From the NCBI GenBank assembly GCA_025358575.1, contig JANYJA010000136.1, positions 3,173-67,172 of the forward strand: a stretch of DNA of 64,000 nucleotides. Reading direction: 5' to 3'. Each line of letters opens with the position of its first letter. Within the stretch, counting starts at the first letter, position 1. This stretch comes from Terriglobia bacterium (GTDB lineage: Bacteria; Acidobacteriota; Terriglobia; Bryobacterales; Bryobacteraceae). Below are positions 57,542 to 64,000 of the stretch, in pieces. Under the pieces are notes generated by a model, which had not been told where the DNA came from, ran no database searches, and worked only from the letters and a program-made list of their open reading frames with translations. Made by a program: the position numbers and the translations under genes.

Positions 57542-59062
57542 ATGTCGCTCGAGAACCCGTTTTTCGATCCCCTGCGGTTCGAACGGAAGATGCCGGAATG
57601 CGCTGTCGTAATCTTTGGCGCCAACGGAGATCTCACCAAGCGTAAGCTGCTTCCCGCGCTTTATCGCCTCGCGTACGAGCGCCGTCTTTCACCCGGGTTC
57701 GCGGTCGTCGGCATCTCCCGCACCCCCATGTCCGACGATCAGTTCCGCGACAAAATGCGCGAATCGGTCGAAAAATTCCTGGAAGATTCCCCCTTCGACG
57801 CCGATATCTGGGATGAGTTTGCTCGCCACCTCTATTACATGGCCGGCGACGTCGCCGACCCCGAGTGCTACACCCGTCTTGCCCGCTGTCTGGAAGAGGT
57901 TCAGGAAAAAGCCAAGACCGGCGGCAATGTCTTGTTCTATCTCTCCACGCAGCCCAGTCAGTACAGCGAAGCTACGCTCGGAATCGGCAAAGCCGGCTTG
58001 GCGAAGGGTTCGGGGTGGCGCAGGCTGGTGGTTGAAAAACCCTTCGGCCACGATCTCGATAGTGCCCGCAAACTGAGCGACGATTTGCACCAGGTTTTTC
58101 AGGAATCCGACGTCTACCGCATCGATCATTACCTGGGTAAGGAGACTGTCCAGAACATCCTGGCGTTCCGCTTCGGCAATGGGATCTTCGAGCCGCTCTG
58201 GGACCGCCGTTATGTGAACCACGTGCAAATCACCGCCGCCGAATCTATCGGCGTCGAAGGCCGCGGCGCCTATTATCAGGAGGCCGGCGCGCTTCGCGAC
58301 ATGATCCAGAACCATCTTCTGCAGGTCATGGCCACGATCGCGATGGAGCCTAGCGCTACCTTTCAGCCTGATTCCGTCCGCGATGAGCGTTCGAAACTGC
58401 TGCGCTCCATTCGCACCATGAAGCCCGATGAAGTGCTGCGCAATACAGTCGCCGGTCAGTATGGGCCCGCGCGTATCGGAGGCGAGGAATTGAAAGGTTT
58501 CCGTCAGGAACCCGGCGTCTCGCCCGATTCGCAAACCGACACTTACGCGGCCGCCACGTTCTTAGTCGAGAATTGGCGCTGGGCCGGAGTTCCGTTTTAT
58601 ATCCGCACCGGCAAGCATCTGCCCAAGCGCGTGAGCGAAATCGCCATCGAATTTCATTCCGCGCCGCACACCATGTTCGGCGCGGGGGATGGCGGCGCCG
58701 CGCCGAATCTCTTAATACTCCGCATTCAACCGGAGGAAGGCATCTCATTGAAGTTTCTTTCCAAACGGCCCGGCGCGGGCATGACGCTGCGGAACGTATC
58801 CATGGATTTCAACTACGGCAGCAGCTTCGGCGAGCGTTCCCCATCGGCTTACGAAACGCTTCTGCTCGACGCAATCACGGGTGATGCCACGCTGTACACG
58901 CGCCAGGATATGGTGGAAGCCAGTTGGGCCGCTGTTGAACCGGTCCTGCAAGTCTGGCATCAACAGAAATTCGATTTTCCGAATTACCCGGCGGGAAGCT
59001 GGGGACCCTCGGCTTCGGACGCTATGCTGGCGAAGCGCGGCCACGTTTGGAGAAAGCCTTGA
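57542..59062 (+). CDS. zwf: glucose-6-phosphate 1-dehydrogenase
   Basis: 506 aa. VIFGANGDLTKRKLLPALY, active-site RIDHYLGKE. Confidence 0.95.
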   Translation: MSLENPFFDPLRFERKMPECAVVIFGANGDLTKRKLLPALYRLAYERRLSPGFAVVGISRTPMSDDQFRDKMRESVEKFLEDSPFDADIWDEFARHLYYMAGDVADPECYTRLARCLEEVQEKAKTGGNVLFYLSTQPSQYSEATLGIGKAGLAKGSGWRRLVVEKPFGHDLDSARKLSDDLHQVFQESDVYRIDHYLGKETVQNILAFRFGNGIFEPLWDRRYVNHVQITAAESIGVEGRGAYYQEAGALRDMIQNHLLQVMATIAMEPSATFQPDSVRDERSKLLRSIRTMKPDEVLRNTVAGQYGPARIGGEELKGFRQEPGVSPDSQTDTYAAATFLVENWRWAGVPFYIRTGKHLPKRVSEIAIEFHSAPHTMFGAGDGGAAPNLLILRIQPEEGISLKFLSKRPGAGMTLRNVSMDFNYGSSFGERSPSAYETLLLDAITGDATLYTRQDMVEASWAAVEPVLQVWHQQKFDFPNYPAGSWGPSASDAMLAKRGHVWRKP

Positions 59063-60060
59063 GCGACGCCACCATCCATCCAGAAAAGATTTTAAAAGAA
59101 CTGTCCGAGCTTTGGGTCACGCTCGCCAAGCCCGACCCATCGGGTGAAAGCGCGCGCAGTGCCGCGGGCGTGCTGCGCGCCTGTGCCATGACCCTCATCA
59201 CTGTTGTAGATGAGTCCGAAGATCCGGCCAATGTCGGTGAAACACTGGCCTGCTTGATGCGCGAACACCCCAGCCGCGCGATCGTAATCCGGTTGCGTGA
59301 GTCCTCCGCGCGCGAACTCAGCGCCCAGGTGCTGGCACAATGCTGGATGCCTTTCGGGGGCCGCCAGCAGATCTGTTGCGAACAAATCGAAATCATCTCC
59401 TCCGACGCCAGCCTTCCCGACATCCCCGCTGTCGCGCTTCCGCTCGCCGTCCCCGACTTGCCGGTCATTCTCTGGTGCCGCAGCGCGCGCCTGTTCGCGA
59501 TGGAATCGTTCCCGTTGCTGGCGTCGCTTGCCGAAAAAGTCGTTGTCGATAGCGCCGCTTTGTGCGGCAAATCCGGCGACCCCGCGACGGCTCTGCGCGA
59601 ACTCGCCAAGCTGACGACATCGGGCCGGATCATTTCCGATTTGGAATGGACGCGGCTCACGCGGTGGCGCGAATTGATCTCACAGATCTTCGAGACTCGC
59701 GAGAATCTCGACTCCCTGAAATCCGTCGACCGCGTTGTCATTGGGCACACTCCCGCCAAGCCAACAGCAGCGGCCCGCTACCTCGCCGCGTGGACCGCGC
59801 TGGCTCTTGAGAAGATCGGCGTTGCGCCTGAGGTTCGCTTTCAGCAAGCTTCCGCTAGCATCGAGCTCGCCGGCGGCGACACCTGCCTCATGATGAAGAA
59901 AGTCGGCGCGGCTGTTGAGTACCGCGTGCGATCCCAAACCGGTCGCGCTTTGTTCGCCAAAGAATCCGACTACACCCTGTTGCGCGAAGAACTCTCGATT
60001 CCGGGGTGCGACACGCTCTTCGAAGCGTGCCTCGGTCGCGCGGTTGCCGATCTGCCGTGA
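59059..60060 (+). CDS. opcA: OpcA-like G6PD assembly protein (putative)
   Basis: It sits between zwf and pgl, as opcA does in cyanobacteria and actinobacteria. Resemblance (RACAMTLITVVDE..., SRAIVIRL) is moderate only. TTG 59059 overlaps the zwf TGA (TTGA); an alternative TTG lies at 59047. Confidence 0.5.
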   Translation: MSDATIHPEKILKELSELWVTLAKPDPSGESARSAAGVLRACAMTLITVVDESEDPANVGETLACLMREHPSRAIVIRLRESSARELSAQVLAQCWMPFGGRQQICCEQIEIISSDASLPDIPAVALPLAVPDLPVILWCRSARLFAMESFPLLASLAEKVVVDSAALCGKSGDPATALRELAKLTTSGRIISDLEWTRLTRWRELISQIFETRENLDSLKSVDRVVIGHTPAKPTAAARYLAAWTALALEKIGVAPEVRFQQASASIELAGGDTCLMMKKVGAAVEYRVRSQTGRALFAKESDYTLLREELSIPGCDTLFEACLGRAVADLP

Positions 60061-60785
60061 CCAATCGCCACATCCACGAGGATGCGACCGCCGCCGCGCA
60101 TGCCTGTGCCGGGCGCATCCTCGCGCTCTTGCACACAATTCTCGAGACGCAGGAGATTGCGACACTTGCCGTTTCCGGCGGCAGCACGCCGAAGCTGCTT
60201 TTTCAATCTCTCGTCAAATCCGGATTTCACGGCGAGCGCGCGCATCTTTTTTTCGTCGATGAGCGTCCGGTCGGACCCAATGACCCACAGAGCAATTACG
60301 GTCTAGCGAAAGAATATCTGCTCAGCCCCGCAGGGTACCCGGCTGAAAACGTCCACCGTATCCACGGCGAGTTGGAGCACAACCAAGCTGCCGCGCGCTA
60401 TGCCGAAGAGATTCGGCGGTTTTTCACAATCACCGGGTCCGGGCTGCCGCAGTTCGATATCATCCAATGCGGCATGGGCTCCGAGGGTCACACAGCGAGC
60501 CTTTTTCCAAGCCAGCCCGCAATTGAAAATCGCACGGAGGTTGTCGCATCCGTCTGGGTTGAGAAAGTCGGTCAATGGCGGACTACGCTGCTCCCAGGTG
60601 TCCTGCTCAACGCGAAACACATTCTGATGCTGCTCGCCGGGGCCGACAAAGCGCCAGCTCTGCGTGATGTTTTCGAAGGAAAGTACAACCCCTTGCAGGT
60701 TCCCGCGCAGCTCTTCACAAACAGCGGATTGCCCGTAGAGTGGTTTCTCGACCGCGCCTCCGCATCGCTAATCAACCAGAAATGA
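60057..60785 (+). CDS. pgl: 6-phosphogluconolactonase
   Basis: GTG 60057 overlaps the opcA TGA. LAVSGGSTPKLLF and GMGSEGHTASLFP motifs. Confidence 0.85.
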   Translation: MTNRHIHEDATAAAHACAGRILALLHTILETQEIATLAVSGGSTPKLLFQSLVKSGFHGERAHLFFVDERPVGPNDPQSNYGLAKEYLLSPAGYPAENVHRIHGELEHNQAAARYAEEIRRFFTITGSGLPQFDIIQCGMGSEGHTASLFPSQPAIENRTEVVASVWVEKVGQWRTTLLPGVLLNAKHILMLLAGADKAPALRDVFEGKYNPLQVPAQLFTNSGLPVEWFLDRASASLINQK

Positions 60786-62314
60786 GCTCACGAAGCCAGG
60801 CGCGGTCGATGGTGATCTCCACCCTCGGCATCGCGGCCACCAGTCAAACGCTTGCCTCGCAAGCCGCCGCGCGGATTCTGGCGCACGGCGGATCCGCCAT
60901 GGATGCAGCAATCACCGCGAACGCGGTTCTCGGCGTGGTCGAGCCCATGAGCGATGGCATTGGCGGCGATTTGTTCGCCATCTATTGGGAAGCCGCATCC
61001 GGTAAACTCACCGGCATCAATGCCAGCGGCTGGTCCCCGAAGAATCTCGATATCGAGACAGTCCGCGCCGAAGCCATGCCCGCTAGCGGCATCCACACTG
61101 TGACGGTGCCCGGATGCGTAGACGGCTGGTCGCGCTTGCACCAACGCTTCGGCAAACTGCGCTGGTCGGAGATCTTTCGCCCCGCGATTCATTATGCCGC
61201 AGAGGGCTTCCCCGTCACCGAAATCATTCAGGGCCACTGGAGCGAAGCCGGCCGGCACGCGCCTCGTGTGGGAGAACTTTTCCGTAATGCGGACTTGGCG
61301 GCGGCGCTGCAACTGATCGCGGGTGCCGGTGTCGACGCCTTCTATCGCGGTCCCATCGCCAAAGCGCTGCTGCAAACTTCGGCGCGTTTAGGCGGCACCA
61401 TGAGTGCCGACGATCTTCACGAATACGCTTCCGAATGGGTCACTCCGATCTCAACGGAGTATCGCGGCTGGTCTGTTTACGAACTTCCGCCCAACGGGCA
61501 GGGAATGGCCGCGCTAGAGATGCTCAACATCATGGAGCGGTTCCCGCTGCACCAGTACGGCGCGCAGAGCGCGGATACGTGGCACATCAAGATAGAAGCG
61601 CAGAAGCTGGCGTATGCCGACCTTCATCGTTATCTTGCCGACCCGCGCCATCGCAATGTCCCCGTGGAATTTCTTCTCTCTAAGCCCTACGCCGCCGACC
61701 TCGCGCGCCGCATCGACCTGCATCCATTCTCCAAGGGCGACACCGTCTACCTCGCGGTCGTCGATCGCGAAGGCAATATCGCTTCGCTGATCCAAAGTAT
61801 TTACCAGCCGTTTGGATCGGGCATCGTGGTCGATGGTTTCGGATTTCATTTGCACAATCGCGGAGCGCTATTTTCGCTTGACCCCACGCATCCCAACGCG
61901 CTCGCCCCGCGCAAGCGCCCGTTCCACACCATCATTCCGGGCTTCATGCAGCGCGGTGATACCCACATCGGCTTCGGCATTATGGGTGGATTCAATCAGG
62001 CGCAAGCGCATGCGCAATTCGTTTCCAACGTGGTCGATCACGGCATGAATATCCAAGCGGCACTCGAAGCCCCGCGATTCACGAAACCCTCAATTGGGGG
62101 ACGCGATGTGATGGTCGAACGCCGTGTCCTCGAATCCACGCGCGAAGCCCTGCGGGGCTTAGGCCACGACCTCGAAGTGCTCGGCGATTACGCGAGCGAA
62201 GTAGGCGGAGGACAAGCCGTGCTCCACGATTCCGGCACCCATATCAACTACGCCGCTTCGTCCCCGCGCAAGGACGGCGCCGCCATCCCCGAACCGCTCA
62301 CTTTCTCGAAATAG
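60782..62314 (+). CDS. ggt: gamma-glutamyltransferase-family protein without signal peptide
   Basis: ATG 60782 overlaps the pgl TGA (ATGA). GGSAMDAAITANAVLGVVEPMSDGIGGD. Candidate autoprocessing Thr in GDTVYLAVVD. GGFNQAQ. Confidence 0.85.
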   Translation: MSSRSQARSMVISTLGIAATSQTLASQAAARILAHGGSAMDAAITANAVLGVVEPMSDGIGGDLFAIYWEAASGKLTGINASGWSPKNLDIETVRAEAMPASGIHTVTVPGCVDGWSRLHQRFGKLRWSEIFRPAIHYAAEGFPVTEIIQGHWSEAGRHAPRVGELFRNADLAAALQLIAGAGVDAFYRGPIAKALLQTSARLGGTMSADDLHEYASEWVTPISTEYRGWSVYELPPNGQGMAALEMLNIMERFPLHQYGAQSADTWHIKIEAQKLAYADLHRYLADPRHRNVPVEFLLSKPYAADLARRIDLHPFSKGDTVYLAVVDREGNIASLIQSIYQPFGSGIVVDGFGFHLHNRGALFSLDPTHPNALAPRKRPFHTIIPGFMQRGDTHIGFGIMGGFNQAQAHAQFVSNVVDHGMNIQAALEAPRFTKPSIGGRDVMVERRVLESTREALRGLGHDLEVLGDYASEVGGGQAVLHDSGTHINYAASSPRKDGAAIPEPLTFSK

Positions 62315-62318
62315 AAGA

Positions 62319-63839
62319 CTATCGCCCCGCCCCATGCTGCCAATCCGCAAATCGATCCGCCGCGAACTGTACCGCTGTGCCAGGAACGGCGAGAAGCTTA
62401 TTAAAAGTAACTAAGTCGGGCGCGCTCGTGTTACGCAGATGCAGTTGATACCAGCCTCGGCTGTGCAGAAAAACCGTGCGGTCTTGTCCTGCCTTGCGAG
62501 CGGGCGCGGCGAACGTGATCTCGGCTTGCTCACTCTCGTCGGGCATCGGATAGTAGCGGTCATCGGCAGCCGCAAGATCCTGCAAGATGTCCTTCCCGCC
62601 CGAAGTCTTAGCCGAATTCGCTGATACGTGAGTCACGCCCACCTCTTGGCCGGCACTGAAGGCGGCTGCAAAAGAGTTAAACGCCCAGTAACCTACTGGC
62701 GGATGCATGCGGATGCGCAGTTCGGTCCCGCGCACATGACTAATGTCCAATAGAATCGCCCGGTATTCCGCCAGCAGTGGACCTCCGTTAGGCAACGATC
62801 CGCGCACTTTCCAGCCATCCTCTTCTTCGACCTCAATCGGCAGCCGGTAAGTGCCCTCCCGTTCACCCCACGCATGAATAGCCTGAGCCTGAGCCGGATC
62901 CCTATCGATTTGTGCCAGCCATGCCGCCGCGTCGTGCCCATGCAGCTCAACCATTCGCTTGATCATGTAAGAGCCCCAAAGTCCCGTCGCGGCGTTGGCG
63001 ATAATTGTAGCTTGTTTCGCGTGCTCGGGCTTGGGAAACGTCAGAGTTACTTGTTGACGAAGACTGCCGTCCGCTCCCGCCACCGCATCCGGTTCCCAGA
63101 TCTTACGGTCAGTATCCGCAAGCCACAACAACAGATCTTTCCCGTATCGGTCACGCGCCGCACTCAGTTTCTGGATATGGTCATACGCCCGCAGCGTTCC
63201 TTTTTCATCGGACACCACACGTGACCCCCGGGCATGGTCCACAACCCACAACTCCATCAGATTCGTAAACTGCGTCTCATCGACTTCGTTAGTCAGCAGC
63301 AGACGATACCGGCCCTTATCTTCGCGGAGATGTTCTAACTCCGAGTAATCGTCTTTCTCCAATCCTTTCGTAATTGCGCCGCCATAGGGCTCCGCATCAA
63401 ACACATATCCGGACCCATCCCAAGAATAAACGAACGGACAGGATTGCTTAGTCGCCGCGACAATCGCGGCCAGAGTTGCAAGAGCGGCCACTGCAATACC
63501 CACGGTCAGTCCAATGGTTCGCGGGGCCGAGGTCCCATTCCTCTCCACCCAGAGCCGCTGGACGTCATGCATCTGGATGCTGTACGGCGTGTTCTTGACC
63601 TTCGCGTCGATCGTGTCACCGGTGATCTTTCCGCCAGGCGGATCGAATCCCCCTTCACTGCCGGTTTTCGTCGTGATTCCAACCAGGTGTTCTTGACCCG
63701 GCTGCTTTACCTTGCCGACCTCAAGCTTCTTCACCTTGTTGACAGCGCATCCGATATCGATGAAGCAGAGTACTGCGGTAACGAGAACCGCAATCGCTTG
63801 GCGCGATCTGCCGAGGATCTTCATGGGTCTCCTTTGCAC
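62319..63839 (-). CDS. lipoprotein/membrane protein of unknown function
   Basis: 506 aa. Lipobox-like FIDIGC, a second TM IGLTVGIAVAALATLAAIVAA, then a large domain beginning SCPFVYSWDGSGYVFDAEPYGG. No family recognised. Confidence 0.55.
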   Translation of the reverse strand: MQRRPMKILGRSRQAIAVLVTAVLCFIDIGCAVNKVKKLEVGKVKQPGQEHLVGITTKTGSEGGFDPPGGKITGDTIDAKVKNTPYSIQMHDVQRLWVERNGTSAPRTIGLTVGIAVAALATLAAIVAATKQSCPFVYSWDGSGYVFDAEPYGGAITKGLEKDDYSELEHLREDKGRYRLLLTNEVDETQFTNLMELWVVDHARGSRVVSDEKGTLRAYDHIQKLSAARDRYGKDLLLWLADTDRKIWEPDAVAGADGSLRQQVTLTFPKPEHAKQATIIANAATGLWGSYMIKRMVELHGHDAAAWLAQIDRDPAQAQAIHAWGEREGTYRLPIEVEEEDGWKVRGSLPNGGPLLAEYRAILLDISHVRGTELRIRMHPPVGYWAFNSFAAAFSAGQEVGVTHVSANSAKTSGGKDILQDLAAADDRYYPMPDESEQAEITFAAPARKAGQDRTVFLHSRGWYQLHLRNTSAPDLVTFNKLLAVPGTAVQFAADRFADWQHGAGR

Positions 63840-64000
63840 TCAGTGGCTAAATGATTCTAGGGCTAATCTCTTTTAAATGCAATGCTTGCTCGACGAACTA
63901 GTTGTAAGGCCGACCTTCGTTTCCCGGCTCGATCAAAGCAGCGTCAAGGGATCCACATCAATCACCAGCGCCGTCGCGCCCCACTTTTGCGCCCTCGCGA

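Noticed and set aside
63933-64000. A short minus-strand open frame running off the right edge (…ARAQKWGATALVIDVDPLTLL, stop at 63933-63935).
   Set aside because: Only 22 codons are visible. This is not enough to identify it or even to be confident that it is coding.
1-64000. A search for tRNA, rRNA, CRISPR repeats, IS elements, integrases and phage genes.
   Set aside because: None of the following were noticed in any ORF or intergenic region: a conserved T-loop (GGTTCGAATCC-like) outside coding context, regularly spaced direct repeats, and transposase, integrase or capsid-like translations. A computational scan (tRNAscan-SE, Infernal, CRT, ISfinder) would be needed to exclude small elements.

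Overview
This is a 64 kb GC-rich bacterial chromosomal segment (high-50s % GC by eye, not computed). It is densely coded and almost certainly Acidobacteriota (Terriglobia-like). The lineage hallmarks I can read directly are a VWFA-related acidobacterial domain protein (TIGR03436-like), a PEP-CTERM protein, a TonB-dependent/carboxypeptidase-regulatory-like outer-membrane protein ending in ...RQMQFALKIIF, a BlaI/BlaR1-like pair, and an orphan FtsX/MacB-type permease. Most of the window is core metabolism. It holds a nine-gene his operon on the minus strand (hisI-G-D-C-HAD-B-H-F-A) that runs without a break into four non-his genes. It also holds aroC-def-fmt-argJ, a moaD/moaE fusion, suhB, ndk-sucD-sucC, trpD and zwf-opcA-pgl-ggt. 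The accessory or unusual content is as follows:
- an Xre(DUF2384)/RES toxin-antitoxin pair;
- an NfrB-type glycosyltransferase with a C-terminal MshEN-like domain, sitting directly behind a 1253-aa CheB-CheR-PAS-HK-REC hybrid sensor;
- an MBOAT plus SGNH/DltD-like O-acylation pair;
- a lower-GC islet carrying an FkbM methyltransferase and an SGNH hydrolase;
- a cyanobacterial-type Hfq-like Sm protein;
- several frame-disrupted genes: the TonB-receptor-like OMP, a class I aldolase-like gene, a CarboxypepD_reg-like gene, and possibly the 5' end of the RNB gene.
I recognised no rRNA, tRNA, CRISPR array, transposase, integrase or phage genes. Nothing here is an obvious new defence or secretion system. 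The best second-look candidates are the sensor-kinase/NfrB-like module, a terminator plus His-containing mini-ORF immediately upstream of hisI (candidate attenuator), the non-his tail of the his operon, and the divergent Hfq-like gene. All functional calls come from my reading of the translated ORFs (motifs and family resemblance), not from database searches.
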